Positions 51,544 to 61,590 are shown, counted from the stretch's first letter. The stretch is 64,000 nucleotides of DNA from Candidatus Krumholzibacteriia bacterium (GCA_963770685.1 CAVYQN010000008.1:22447-86446), one strand, 5' to 3'. Notes: generated by a model not told the origin, from the letters alone. Translations and numbers: made by a program.

Positions 51544-52442
51544 AACCAGCAACGATGCCGACAGAAGAGTTGATGGGCTCCGGCCACCTTGCCTGCCAGG
51601 GATGCGGGGCGACGCAGGCCATGCGGTTCGCCCTCAAGGCTCTCGGGCCGGATACGGCGCTAGTGATACCGGCCTGCTGCTGGGCCGTGATCGACGGGTC
51701 GTTCCCCCATTCCTGCATCGATCTCCCGATCTACCACACGGCCTTCGAAACGGCCGCCGTGGTCGCCTCGGGGCTCAAGGCGGGGCTGGAGATGAGGGGC
51801 GACACGAAGACGACGGTCATGGCCTGGGCTGGGGACGGAGGGACATTCGACATAGGGCTGCAGGCCCTCTCAGGCGCCGCCGAGAGGAACGACGACTTCA
51901 TATACGTCTGTTACGACAACGAGGCCTACATGAACACGGGCATCCAGCGCTCGTCTTCGACGCCTGTGGGGGCGTGGACGACGACGACCCCGGTGACCAA
52001 CTACAAGAGGGAACCGAAGAAGAACATGGTCGACATCATGGCGGCCCATTCGATACCCTATATCGCCACGGCGTCGACCGCCTATCCGCACGATTTCATG
52101 AGGAAGATATCGAAGGCGAACACCTTCCGCGGCACGAAGTACATTCAGATCCTCGCCCCCTGCCCGACCGGCTGGAAGCTCGCGCCGGAGCTCTCGGTGA
52201 AGATGGCGCGCCTCGCGGTGACATCGAAGATATATCCGCTGCTCGAGATCACCGAGAACGGGCAGAAGTTGGAGGTCTGGAAGGACTTCGAGCCAACCCC
52301 GCTCGCCGAGTACATGAAGGCGCAGGGCAGGTTCCGCCATCTCGGCGACGCGGAGATCGCCGGGATCGAAAAAGACGTCGAGGCGAAATGGGAAAGGCTC
52401 CTCGCGAAGGAGAAGATGCTCGCCTCCATCCCCGGCCTTTGA
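51540..52442 (+). CDS. porB: 2-oxoacid:acceptor oxidoreductase beta subunit (TPP-binding)
   Basis: GHLACQGCG, GDGGTFDIG, YDNEAYMNTGIQRS, PCPTGW. Confidence 0.94.
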   Translation: MKPATMPTEELMGSGHLACQGCGATQAMRFALKALGPDTALVIPACCWAVIDGSFPHSCIDLPIYHTAFETAAVVASGLKAGLEMRGDTKTTVMAWAGDGGTFDIGLQALSGAAERNDDFIYVCYDNEAYMNTGIQRSSSTPVGAWTTTTPVTNYKREPKKNMVDIMAAHSIPYIATASTAYPHDFMRKISKANTFRGTKYIQILAPCPTGWKLAPELSVKMARLAVTSKIYPLLEITENGQKLEVWKDFEPTPLAEYMKAQGRFRHLGDAEIAGIEKDVEAKWERLLAKEKMLASIPGL

Positions 52443-52478
52443 TCGCCGGGAGGACGGCCTGGAGCTGCTGAGCCCAAG

Positions 52479-52505
52479 GAAACCCGGAACCGATTCCGGG
52501 TTTTC
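52479..52505 (+). terminator. Putative terminator
   Basis: GAAACCCGGAA-ccga-TTCCGGGTTTT. Confidence 0.6.
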
Positions 52506-52669
52506 GCTTTGCCGGCGCCCCCGGCCGGGGCGCGGCGGCCGCGGTCTCATTTGCGGCGCGATTCGAGGCGTCAAAGGGAGTTGTGTTGACAACCGCCGGC
52601 GTCCGCTGTTATGTTAGGCTGGCGGTCGGACGGATTTAAACGGGGATTGTATCTGAAAGGAAGAGGGCC

Positions 52670-53404
52670 ATGAGGAGACTCGCGGGTCTTGCGGCGGTTC
52701 TTTCGATGGTCGTTTTATCGGGGTGCAAATCGCAGCACCCTTCGGCGATAAAGTTGGACCCTGATTTCGATGCGGGCACGGTGGGGACGATCCTCGTCCT
52801 TCCCGTCATAAGTTCCATCACGAAGGCGGAGGATCCCGCGAGGGAGTCGGAGACCCTCACCGGCAGGATGTTGTGGGAGCAGCTTTCCGGACGGGAGGAT
52901 TATTCGTTCCTCTCCCCAGAGCAGTTCCGGCTCGCCGTCAGCAGGGCGGAACTTGGGACCAGGCTTCACGAGTTCAACGACACCTGGATCCGCAGCCACG
53001 TCATGAATGAGGATTTCCTCGGCGCCCTTCATTCGCTCAACGTCGATATCATACTCGTCCCGCAGGTTTACCTCTGGCACAAGGACGAGGCCGATTACAG
53101 GGAGACGGCGACCGCCTCCGCCACGCAGGTGGGGATCACCCTTAGCATGGTCGATCCGGAGACGGGGAAGATCGTCTGGGAGGCTACAGACGAGAACTAC
53201 AAGGAGGCCGTGAGGACCGAAGGCGAGAGGATCCAGGCCTCCACCGGCGGAACAGGCGGGATCGACGGCATCGACAGGCGGATCTCCGGGAGGACGATGT
53301 CCGGCAAGGACGTCTACGCCGCCCCCCCATTCGATGACGTGGCCCTGCTCGTTTTGCAGTCGCTCGTCGGCGCGATACCGGAAAAGGTGATAAACAGGGA
53401 CTGA
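52670..53404 (+). CDS. Hypothetical lipoprotein
   Basis: Lipobox LSGC; VDPETGKIVW motif of CsgG/LpoB-like folds. Confidence 0.75.
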   Translation: MRRLAGLAAVLSMVVLSGCKSQHPSAIKLDPDFDAGTVGTILVLPVISSITKAEDPARESETLTGRMLWEQLSGREDYSFLSPEQFRLAVSRAELGTRLHEFNDTWIRSHVMNEDFLGALHSLNVDIILVPQVYLWHKDEADYRETATASATQVGITLSMVDPETGKIVWEATDENYKEAVRTEGERIQASTGGTGGIDGIDRRISGRTMSGKDVYAAPPFDDVALLVLQSLVGAIPEKVINRD

Positions 53405-53883
53405 TGGAAGAGATAATGATGCGTCAGGCCCTGGAAGAGGCCGGGAAGGCTCTGGAAGAGGGGGAGGTCCCGGTCGGATGCGTCATAGAGATCGATGGAA
53501 AGGCGATCGGCAGGGGGCACAACGAGGTGGAGGGGAGGGGGCTTTGCACGGCCCATGCCGAGATGATCGCCCTCGCGGCGGCGTCCGGGGCGGTCGGTGA
53601 CTGGCGGCTCGACGGCGCCACGGCATATGTTACGGTGGAACCGTGTTACATGTGCATGGGCGCTTTTTATCTGGCCAGGGTCGAAAAGGTGGTTTTCGGC
53701 GCGAGGCAGCCGAGGAGTGGCGCCTGCGGATCGGCGGGCGACCTTCGCGAGAAGAATCTTTACGGGCACGAGATAGAGGTGAAGGGCGGGGTTCTGGAAG
53801 AAGAATCTGTTTTGCTTCTTCAGAAGTTTTTCGCTAGATTAAGGATTGAAGAAAAAGATCGGAGAGATGCGAGAGCTGGCTGA
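53404..53883 (+). CDS. tadA: tRNA adenosine(34) deaminase
   Basis: GEVPVG, TAHAEM, TVEPCYMCMGA, FF..LR. Confidence 0.95.
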   Translation: MEEIMMRQALEEAGKALEEGEVPVGCVIEIDGKAIGRGHNEVEGRGLCTAHAEMIALAAASGAVGDWRLDGATAYVTVEPCYMCMGAFYLARVEKVVFGARQPRSGACGSAGDLREKNLYGHEIEVKGGVLEEESVLLLQKFFARLRIEEKDRRDARAG

Positions 53884-53951
53884 ATCGGCACGATTGGAAA
53901 TCGTGTGTGGGGGTGACTCCACCGAGGGTTCGAATCCCTCTCTCTCCGCCA
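53861..53951 (+). tRNA. tRNA-Ser(GGA)
   Basis: cacga-ttGGAaa-tcgtg anticodon arm; long variable arm; CCA end; overlaps the tadA 3' end. Confidence 0.96.
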
Positions 53952-53991
53952 TGATAGCGCGGTTGTGAAACGACACGGCAACGAGACCAGC

Positions 53992-54082
53992 GGAGAGATG
54001 CCAGAGCTGGTTGAATGGGACGGTCTCGAAAACCGTTGAGCGGGTAACCGCTCCGAGGGTTCGAATCCCTCTCTCTCCGCCA
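53992..54082 (+). tRNA. tRNA-Ser(CGA)
   Basis: acggt-ctCGAaa-accgt anticodon arm; long variable arm; CCA end. Confidence 0.96.
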
Positions 54083-54192
54083 GATTAAAGGGATTCCGGC
54101 GCGCCGTGACGGGCGCCGGGCGGGAAGAATAGATGCGGCGGCGGTTCGGGGGCGGGTGTTCGCCGGGCCGCCGGTTGACGCGGGAAAAGGGT

Positions 54193-54268
54193 GGGGATGT
54201 AGCTCAGTTGGGAGAGCGCCTCGTTCGCAACGAGGAGGTCGTCGGTTCGAGCCCGATCATCTCCACCA
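54193..54268 (+). tRNA. tRNA-Ala(CGC)
   Basis: G3-U70 identity pair; cctcg-ttCGCaa-cgagg anticodon arm; CCA end. Confidence 0.96.
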
Positions 54269-54279
54269 TTTTACCTCTT

Positions 54280-54554
54280 GAGATCGTGCTAGGCGGGGAA
54301 TTAGCGGTGCCCTGCACCCGCAATCCGCTACAGCGGGGCTGAATCCCCGGTTGAGGGGGGCGCGGTTTTCGAGCGATCGGCTGCAGGAAGTGACGTTGAT
54401 TGCCAGGACCCGCGCAACGGGAACCTGCCAACCCCGTGAGGACCGGAAGGTAGCAGCGGTACGCAGCCATTCCTGTGTGCCGCGGCCAATCCTGACAGGA
54501 GTTAACCCTGCCGCAGGTGCCGAAGACCCCTCTCGAGGCCGGGTGCACGGTCTC
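54280..54554 (+). ncRNA. ffs: Large bacterial SRP RNA (with Alu domain)
   Basis: GAGATCGTGC/GCACGGTCTC closing helix; GGGGAATTAGCGGTGCCCTG Alu motif; helix 8 AGGACCGGAAGGTAGCAGC; directly upstream of dnaX. Confidence 0.95.
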
Positions 54555-54586
54555 GATCTCTTATCGAAAAGCGAAACGGATCTGCG

Positions 54587-56386
54587 ATGACTTATCTGGT
54601 ACTGGCAAGAAAATGGCGGCCCAGGAAATTTTCCGATGTCATCGGGCAGGACCACGTGACGCTCACGCTGAAGAAGGCCGTCGAAAAGGAACGCCTCGCG
54701 CACGCCTACCTTTTTTCCGGGCCGAGGGGGTGTGGTAAAACCTCCACGGCGAGGCTTCTCGCCAAGGTGATCAACTGCGAGAACAGGAAAGGCTCCGAGC
54801 CCTGCGACGTCTGTCCCTCGTGCGTCGCGGTGAACGAAGGCAGCCACCTCGACATGATCGAGATCGACGGCGCCTCCAACCGCGGTATCGACGAGATACG
54901 CGATCTCAGGGAAAAGATAGGGTACACCTCGTCGCAGAGCGCCTCGAAGATATACATCATCGACGAGGTGCACATGCTCACCCCGCAGGCGTTCAACGCC
55001 CTGCTCAAGACACTCGAAGAGCCGCCCTCGCACGTCTACCTGATATTCGCGACGACGGAGCCCCACAAGGTTCCCGCGACGATCCTCTCGAGGTGCCAGC
55101 GGTTCAATTTCAAGCGGCTGGAGCTCGCGGAGCTTTCCGGCCAGCTCGAGAGAATCTGCGCCGACGAGAAGATCGGGTTCGACCCCGAAGCGATCCTGAT
55201 GATCGGCCGCAGGGCCGACGGGAGCATGAGGGACGCTGAGAGCCTCCTCGACCAGTGCATCTCAGCGGCCGAGGGCAGGATCGACCTGGATACGGTGAGA
55301 AGGGTCCTCGGTCTCGTCGATTCACAGACAATCGCTTCGCTACTCGAAGCGATCTCGGCGCGCGATCGCGGGGAGGCCCTCGCGATAGTCGACAGGGTCG
55401 TCTCCTCGGGGATGGATATCGAGGAGTTCTTCCTCGCGTACATCGAGGGGATCAGGAACCTGATGATCCTGAGCGTCGGGACGGGCGGCGCTTCGCCGGG
55501 GCTCGACCTGACGGCGGCTGAGGTCGAAAGGCTGAGGAAGACGGCGTCGGTGTTCAGGACCGAGGATCTGCTGATGCTGTTCAGGAACGCGGCCCGTTTC
55601 CACAGGGAGATGAGGGGATCGGGCCAGCCGAGGTATATTCTCGAGGCGGCCGTGACCGACGCCGCGTCATGGGAGTCGGCGCTGGAGCTGTCCGAACTGA
55701 TAAGAAGGATAGACGGCGACGGCCCGCCGCCGGCGAAAGCGGCGCCGCGCCGCGCCGAATCCGCGCCGACGAGGCCCGCGGCGCCGGCCGTCAAGAGGGC
55801 GCAGCCGGCCGGGATCGAGGATCCGGCCCCGATCGATCATTCCGGGGAAGGCGAAGGGGAGGATTTCGAAGGCTCCGGACCTGACGCCGGCCGCCGGGGC
55901 GCGGGGGGCCCGGCGAAGAAGGACGCGCCCAAGGCACAGGTGGGAGCCGGGAATTCAGGAAGCGGCGAAGCGGCTCTTGCCCCGCTCGGCGGGAGGGAGC
56001 AGTGGGAGAGGTTCCTCGCCCAGGTCAGGGAGTCGAAGCTGACCCTCGGGATATGGCTCATGTCCGCCGAGGTCGTCGGGGTGGAGGATGACCGCCTCAT
56101 CCTCGGCTTCAGCCCGCAGAACCGTTTCGCGTGCGAAATGATCCGCGAGGAGAAGAACCGCCGCTACATAGAGACCCATCTCGAGAGATTCTATGGAAGG
56201 AAATTTATCGTCGAAGCCGGGGAGCCGGCCAATATCGGTGCCGCGGGGGAGGCCTCGGCGGATAAAAAACGGCCTCCCGACGGGGGCGCGAAGGGCAGGG
56301 ACGCCGACGGCGCGAAGATCGCGGCTGACGTTCCGATGGTCGACCGCATAATGAAGGAATTCGACGGCGAGCTTTTCAGGGAATGA
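54587..56386 (+). CDS. dnaX: DNA polymerase III gamma/tau subunit
   Basis: LARKWRP, GPRGCGKTS, EIDGASN, IIDEVHML, FNALLKTLEEPP, SRCQRF. Confidence 0.97.
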   Translation: MTYLVLARKWRPRKFSDVIGQDHVTLTLKKAVEKERLAHAYLFSGPRGCGKTSTARLLAKVINCENRKGSEPCDVCPSCVAVNEGSHLDMIEIDGASNRGIDEIRDLREKIGYTSSQSASKIYIIDEVHMLTPQAFNALLKTLEEPPSHVYLIFATTEPHKVPATILSRCQRFNFKRLELAELSGQLERICADEKIGFDPEAILMIGRRADGSMRDAESLLDQCISAAEGRIDLDTVRRVLGLVDSQTIASLLEAISARDRGEALAIVDRVVSSGMDIEEFFLAYIEGIRNLMILSVGTGGASPGLDLTAAEVERLRKTASVFRTEDLLMLFRNAARFHREMRGSGQPRYILEAAVTDAASWESALELSELIRRIDGDGPPPAKAAPRRAESAPTRPAAPAVKRAQPAGIEDPAPIDHSGEGEGEDFEGSGPDAGRRGAGGPAKKDAPKAQVGAGNSGSGEAALAPLGGREQWERFLAQVRESKLTLGIWLMSAEVVGVEDDRLILGFSPQNRFACEMIREEKNRRYIETHLERFYGRKFIVEAGEPANIGAAGEASADKKRPPDGGAKGRDADGAKIAADVPMVDRIMKEFDGELFRE

Positions 56387-56401
56387 CAGGAGGACCGGTT
56401 G

Positions 56402-56713
56402 ATGAAGGACATAGGCAAACTGCTCAAGCAGGCCCAGCAGATGCAGGCGAAGATGGCGGAAATGCAAGAGCGGCTTGCGGAAAAAACGATCGAGTCTTCC
56501 GCGGGGGGCGGCATGGTCAAGTTGACGATGAATGGCCGGCATGAGGTGATATCGCTGAAGATCGACCCGGAGGTGGTCGATCCAGCGGATGTTGAGATGC
56601 TGGAAGATCTTGTCATCGCAGCAGTTAACGAAGCCAGATCGCGGATCGACGAGATGGTCAAGGCCGAGATGAGCTCCCTCACCGGCGGAATATCGATGCC
56701 GGGCCTGTTCTGA
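56402..56713 (+). CDS. ybaB: YbaB/EbfC nucleoid-associated protein
   Basis: KQAQQMQ, AGGGMV, DVEMLEDLVIAAVNEA. Confidence 0.96.
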   Translation: MKDIGKLLKQAQQMQAKMAEMQERLAEKTIESSAGGGMVKLTMNGRHEVISLKIDPEVVDPADVEMLEDLVIAAVNEARSRIDEMVKAEMSSLTGGISMPGLF

Positions 56714-56806
56714 TACCCGGCCGCGCCGCATACCGGGGACTTGTTTCCTGTATTATCCTGTAATATGCTTATTTAAGGCAAGATTCTTGCTTACGACAAG
56801 GAGAGA

Positions 56807-57409
56807 GTGATGAAATACGGGCTCCCGCTGCTTCAGGCGCTGGTGGAACATTTCAGAAAATTGCCTGGGGTGGGCGAAAAAACGGCTCGAAGGCTGGCGT
56901 TCGCGGTCCTCGACATGGAGGACGGAGAGGTCAGGGATTTTGCCGAAACACTCCTGCAGGTCAAAGAGAAGATCGGATTTTGCAACAGGTGCGGAAACCT
57001 TGCAGAAAGCGACATATGCTCAATCTGCGCCGACAGGTCGAGAACGGAAGGCGTGCTATGCGTCGTTGAGCGGCCGGCCGACATTTACGTTCTTGAAGGA
57101 TCGGGACAATACAGGGGCCGCTACCATGTTCTGCACGGAGTTCTTTCGCCACTTGATGGAATCGGACCGGAAGATCTGAATATAGAGAGTCTCAGGGAGA
57201 GGGTGGCCGGCGAGGGGATCAGGGAGATAATAATAGCGACGAACCCGAGTGTCGAAGGCGACACGACGTCGCTTTATATTTCGAGGATGTTGAAGGACAG
57301 CGATGTGAAGCTGACGAGACCGGCAAGAGGGATACCCCTGGGAAGCTCTCTTGAATTCGTCGACAGGGGCACGATATCCAAAGCCCTCGAGGGAAGAGAA
57401 CCGATATGA
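56807..57409 (+). CDS. recR: Recombination protein RecR
   Basis: LPGVGEKTARRLA, C4 zinc finger, YHVLHG, ATNPSVEGDTT. Confidence 0.97.
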   Translation: MMKYGLPLLQALVEHFRKLPGVGEKTARRLAFAVLDMEDGEVRDFAETLLQVKEKIGFCNRCGNLAESDICSICADRSRTEGVLCVVERPADIYVLEGSGQYRGRYHVLHGVLSPLDGIGPEDLNIESLRERVAGEGIREIIIATNPSVEGDTTSLYISRMLKDSDVKLTRPARGIPLGSSLEFVDRGTISKALEGREPI

Positions 57410-57452
57410 GACCGGCTTTGAACCCTCCGGGCAGGTGAAAGCGAGATCAAAG

Positions 57453-57950
57453 ATGGTCAGAACAAACTGGAAGGTATTCGAAGAGGATTACTGGGCGATC
57501 AGTACCACCCTCCAGGAGCTGCTCAGAAACTCGAACTCCACAAGCGTCATTCTGCTGGACAAGACGGGACAGATGATCGCCAGCGTCGGCGAGGAGCCTC
57601 GATTCGACATGCACAGCTTCGCGTCCCTCTGTGCGGCCGATTTCGAGGCGAACGCCCAGCTCGCCAAGCTTATCGGCGAAAAGGATTTTTCCACGCTTTA
57701 TCACCAGGGGAGCAACGAGAGCATGTACCTCGCCAGGGTGGCGAACGACATCATCCTCGTTGTTCTTTTCGACAAGAAGACGACCCTCGGGCTGGTCAGG
57801 CTGAGAACCAAGAAGGCCGTGGACGGCCTGGGGACGGTCATAAACAGGCTTTACGACAAGCTGGAATACGAAAACGAGGAATACTCGGAATTCGACAAGG
57901 AATTCACCGCCGAGGCCGAACTCGAGATCGACAGTCTGTTCTCGGATTAG
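57453..57950 (+). CDS. mglB: Roadblock/LC7 protein, MglB-like GAP
   Basis: [39 protein letters not shown]. Confidence 0.9.
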   Translation: MVRTNWKVFEEDYWAISTTLQELLRNSNSTSVILLDKTGQMIASVGEEPRFDMHSFASLCAADFEANAQLAKLIGEKDFSTLYHQGSNESMYLARVANDIILVVLFDKKTTLGLVRLRTKKAVDGLGTVINRLYDKLEYENEEYSEFDKEFTAEAELEIDSLFSD

Positions 57951-57961
57951 GGGGATGCAAG

Positions 57962-58540
57962 TTGTCGCTTATAAATTATTCGTCGCGGGAAATCAACGTC
58001 AAGATTGTCTACTACGGGCCCGGGCTTTGCGGAAAGACGACCAACATCCAGTACATCTATGACAAGGTCTCACCGGACACCAAGGGAAAGCTGATCACCC
58101 TCGCAACCGAGATGGACAGGACGCTCTTCTTCGATTTCCTTCCCCTCGAGCTCGGGACGGTCAAGGGCTTCAAGACCCGCTTCCATCTCTATACCGTTCC
58201 GGGGCAGGTCTACTACGACGCGAGCCGCAAGCTCATCCTCAGGGGGGTGGACGGGGTCGTCTTCGTGGCGGATTCGCAGAACAGCAGGTACGACGCCAAT
58301 ATCGAAAGCCTCTACAACCTCCACGAGAACCTCGCGGAGTACGACATGAAGCTCGACGAGCTTCCCTACGCGATACAGTACAACAAGAGGGACCTTCCCG
58401 ACGCCATCGAGGTCCCCGCCCTCGAGGAGGAGCTCAATCCGAAGCATTACCCCGCCTTCGAGGCGGTGGCGGTGAACGGAGCCGGCGTCTTCGACACGCT
58501 CAAATCGGTCGCCAAGAGCGTCCTCCGCAACCTTTCGTAG
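57962..58540 (+). CDS. mglA: MglA small GTPase
   Basis: [47 protein letters not shown]. Confidence 0.96.
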   Translation: MSLINYSSREINVKIVYYGPGLCGKTTNIQYIYDKVSPDTKGKLITLATEMDRTLFFDFLPLELGTVKGFKTRFHLYTVPGQVYYDASRKLILRGVDGVVFVADSQNSRYDANIESLYNLHENLAEYDMKLDELPYAIQYNKRDLPDAIEVPALEEELNPKHYPAFEAVAVNGAGVFDTLKSVAKSVLRNLS

Positions 58541-58691
58541 ATTCCAGCGGCGGCAACGAGCCCCCGCGCGGCGCTTCGAAGATCGGATTGCGCTCCGGGA
58601 CGAACCGGGCGCTCCGAGGCCGGGCGGGATATTGTTCTTGCCCGACGCCTTCATTCCCGTTATGATCCGCGATAATCGACTGGAGGAGGGA

Positions 58692-59147
58692 ATGAAAAAA
58701 TTCTTCGCAACTCTGCTCGGCTCCTTTTTCTACACGGGATTCTTTCCCATAGCCCCGGCGACATTCGCCAGTTTCGTCTGGCTGCTCGCCTGGCTTTTTC
58801 TCCCCGGAGGGCGCTGGCTCAGCCATCCGGCCGCCCTCGCCGCGGTCGTTCCGCTGGCGATATGGCTTGCGTTCATGATGGAGGATTGGTACGGCACGGA
58901 CGCTTCGAAGATAGTGATAGACGAAGTGGTCGGGATGCAGGTGACGCTGATGATCTTCGAGCCGGCCTGGCGGGCTGGCGTAGCGGGATTTCTTCTTTTC
59001 AGGTTCTTCGATATCGTCAAACCCTTTCCCGTGGGGCGTTCGCAGAGGCTCAGGGGCGGGTTCGGGGTCGTCGTCGACGATATCCTCGCCGGGCTTTATT
59101 CGCTTGCCGCCCTTTACCTGCTGAGCCGGTTCGTCGATCTTGGATGA
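58692..59147 (+). CDS. pgpA: Phosphatidylglycerophosphatase A
   Basis: APATFAS, IVIDEVVG, FRFFDIVKP, GVVVDDILAG. Confidence 0.94.
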   Translation: MKKFFATLLGSFFYTGFFPIAPATFASFVWLLAWLFLPGGRWLSHPAALAAVVPLAIWLAFMMEDWYGTDASKIVIDEVVGMQVTLMIFEPAWRAGVAGFLLFRFFDIVKPFPVGRSQRLRGGFGVVVDDILAGLYSLAALYLLSRFVDLG

Positions 59148-60472
59148 CGCCGGCGGCCGCGGGGGCCGATCCGGCCGCCCGGCAGGCCGCGCCGGCCGGC
59201 TGCGTTGGAAGGGAGTTTCCCGGAGTGAATCTCGAGATCATCACCGTCGGTGACGAGGTCCTCAGGTTCGAGACGCGGGAGGACAACGCGCGCTTCATCT
59301 CGGAATCGCTGATGGCGATCGGCCTGGAGCCTTCGCGCATCACCGTCCTCGCGGACGACCACGGGACGATAGCCTCGGAGCTTTCGCGCGCGATGGGAAG
59401 GAGCGACGGGGTCATCGTGACCGGCGGGCTCGGCCCGACCGTCGACGATATCACGCGCCAGGCCGCCATCGAGGCGCTCGGCGGGGAAACTGAACGCCTC
59501 GGCGGGATCGTGGAGTCGGTGGAGAAAATTTTCGCCCGGCTCGGCAGGAGGATGCCGGAGGCGTACAGGGATCTCGAGAGGGTGCCCGCGGGGGCGCGCG
59601 CGCTTCCGAACGGGGTCGGCATCGCGCCGGGGATTTACGTCGAAAGAGGGGGCAGCGAGCTCTGGCTTCTGCCCGGGGTGCCGGCCGAGATGAGAAATAT
59701 ATTCGAGGGAAGCGTCCTTCCAATGCTCGAAAGGCGCCGCTCGGAGGGGAGGACCGTTATCCGCCTTTTCGGCCTCTCGGAGACGGACGCCGAGAGGATC
59801 ATGCGCGACTCCGTGGGAGAGGGGCGGATGAAGGGGGTGTCGATCATCGCGGGGCCGTCGGGCGTCAATCTCTACCTTCGGCCCGGATCGATCCCGGCGG
59901 ACGCGATGAATGAGTTGCGCAGAAGATTCGGCAGCTTTATATATACGTGCGGCGCGGGGAGCATCGAGGAACAGGTCGTATGCATCGCCGCGAAGGCGGG
60001 GCTGACCATCTCGACGGCCGAATCGGTGACGGGCGGGCTTCTCGCCTCGACGCTCGTTTCGGTGCCCGGCGCGAGCGGCGCGTTCATCGAAGGGTTCGTG
60101 ACCTACGGCAACGGGGCCAAGAGCGAAAGTCTCGGCGTCGATCCCGCGCTCATCGAGCGGGAGGGGGCGGTGAGCGGCGCGGTGTGCCTCGCGATGGCGC
60201 GGGGGGCGAGGGAGCGATCGGGCTCCGACATCGCCGTCTCGACGACCGGGATCGCGGGCCCGGGCGGAGGGAGCGCGGACAAGCCGGTGGGGCTTTGCTA
60301 CGTCGCCCTCGCCGCGGAGAGCGGGGCGTACTGCAGGATGATGCTGTTTTCGGGGGACAGGGGCATGGTGAGGACAAGGGCCGTCTACACGGCGCTCGAC
60401 ACGCTGAGGCTTTTTCTCATCGGCGAGCGGGAAAGGCTGGAGCCGTTCAGGGCGGCGGAGGATGCACAATGA
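59144..60472 (+). CDS. cinA: CinA (molybdopterin-binding-like domain plus NMN deamidase)
   Basis: ITVGDEVL, TGGLGPTVDDIT, LPGVPAEM, AESVTGG, TGIAGPGG, KPVG. Confidence 0.94.
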   Translation: MTPAAAGADPAARQAAPAGCVGREFPGVNLEIITVGDEVLRFETREDNARFISESLMAIGLEPSRITVLADDHGTIASELSRAMGRSDGVIVTGGLGPTVDDITRQAAIEALGGETERLGGIVESVEKIFARLGRRMPEAYRDLERVPAGARALPNGVGIAPGIYVERGGSELWLLPGVPAEMRNIFEGSVLPMLERRRSEGRTVIRLFGLSETDAERIMRDSVGEGRMKGVSIIAGPSGVNLYLRPGSIPADAMNELRRRFGSFIYTCGAGSIEEQVVCIAAKAGLTISTAESVTGGLLASTLVSVPGASGAFIEGFVTYGNGAKSESLGVDPALIEREGAVSGAVCLAMARGARERSGSDIAVSTTGIAGPGGGSADKPVGLCYVALAAESGAYCRMMLFSGDRGMVRTRAVYTALDTLRLFLIGERERLEPFRAAEDAQ

Positions 60473-60494
60473 CGAATGAGGGGGATGAAGGATA

Positions 60495-61553
60495 ATGATA
60501 GCCGCGCTTACGGGGCTCGCGAGATCAGGAATGAGTACGCTCTTCTCGGCGGTAAGCGGGAAGGAGCCGCATCCCGGGAAAGCCGGGCAGGCCGACGAAG
60601 CCGTCGTGATCGTGCCCGACCACCGGTTCGAATGGCTCGTCTCGTATTACAAGCCGAGAAAGGTCGTGAACGCCACGATCAACTGCATCGACCTTCCGGG
60701 CATCGACACGGGGGACGACGCGGGAAGATCGATGGCCGGGAAGATACTTGGCAAGGCGCGATGCGCCGACATGCTGGTCATGGTCGTCCGCGCCTTCGGT
60801 GAAGGCGTCGGCGCGCCCGCCGATCCCGAGAGGGATTTCGCCGCGCTGAGCGCCGAGCTGATGCTCGCCGATCTCGAGATGGTCGAGGGGAGGATAGGGA
60901 AGCTGGAGAAGGAGATCGGGAAGGCGTCGAAATTCGAGCAGCAGAAAAAGGACGAGTTGCATGTCCAGATGAAACTGCGCGAGACCCTGGAGAAGGAGAT
61001 GCCGGCCTCCGCGGCGGGCCTCGCGGAGAGGGAGCTGGAGATCGTCAGGTCGCTCGGGATCCTTACCCTCAAGCCGCTGATGGCCGTGGTCAACGTCGGC
61101 GACGACATGATGGGGCGCGATTACGAGCTTCGCGCGGCGGCGGCTTCCGGGATTCCCGTGATGACGGTCTGCGCCTCCTTCGAGAAGGAGCTGTCGCTTC
61201 TCGATCCGGGCAGCAGGAAGGAATTCATGGAGGAGCTCGGCATCGCGCAGAGCGCGGCGGGAAGCTTCGCGGTCCATTGCTACGAAGCGATGGGGCTTAT
61301 CAGTTTCCTCACCGTCGGGGAGGACGAGGTGCGGGCGTGGCCGATCAGAAAGGGAACCGTGGCGCTCGAGGCGGCGGGAAAGGTTCACAGCGACATCCAG
61401 CGGGGATTCATCAGGGCCGAGACGATGGCCTACGACGAGCTCCGGGAATATGGATCGGAAAAGGCGCTCAAGGCGGCCGGCAGGGTGAGGCTTGAAGGGA
61501 AGGATTACGTCGTGAAGGACGGGGATATCATTTCCTATCGCTTCAACGTCTGA
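60495..61553 (+). CDS. ychF: YchF-like OBG-family ATPase (DUF933) with an atypical P-loop
   Basis: VPDHR, DLPG, TLKP, FLTVGEDEVRAW, AAGKVHSDIQRGFIRAE, LEGKDYVVKDGD...FNV. Confidence 0.85.
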   Translation: MIAALTGLARSGMSTLFSAVSGKEPHPGKAGQADEAVVIVPDHRFEWLVSYYKPRKVVNATINCIDLPGIDTGDDAGRSMAGKILGKARCADMLVMVVRAFGEGVGAPADPERDFAALSAELMLADLEMVEGRIGKLEKEIGKASKFEQQKKDELHVQMKLRETLEKEMPASAAGLAERELEIVRSLGILTLKPLMAVVNVGDDMMGRDYELRAAAASGIPVMTVCASFEKELSLLDPGSRKEFMEELGIAQSAAGSFAVHCYEAMGLISFLTVGEDEVRAWPIRKGTVALEAAGKVHSDIQRGFIRAETMAYDELREYGSEKALKAAGRVRLEGKDYVVKDGDIISYRFNV

Positions 61554-61590
61554 TCCCGGCCGGGGGCCGGCGCGCCGCGGAGGCGGCTTC

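Noticed and set aside
53861-53883. tadA overlapping tRNA-Ser
   Set aside because: A short overlap of a non-conserved tail with an adjacent tRNA; no sign of special function.
54587-56386. Programmed frameshift in dnaX
   Set aside because: No A AAA AAG or long A-run slippery site was seen at the expected position.
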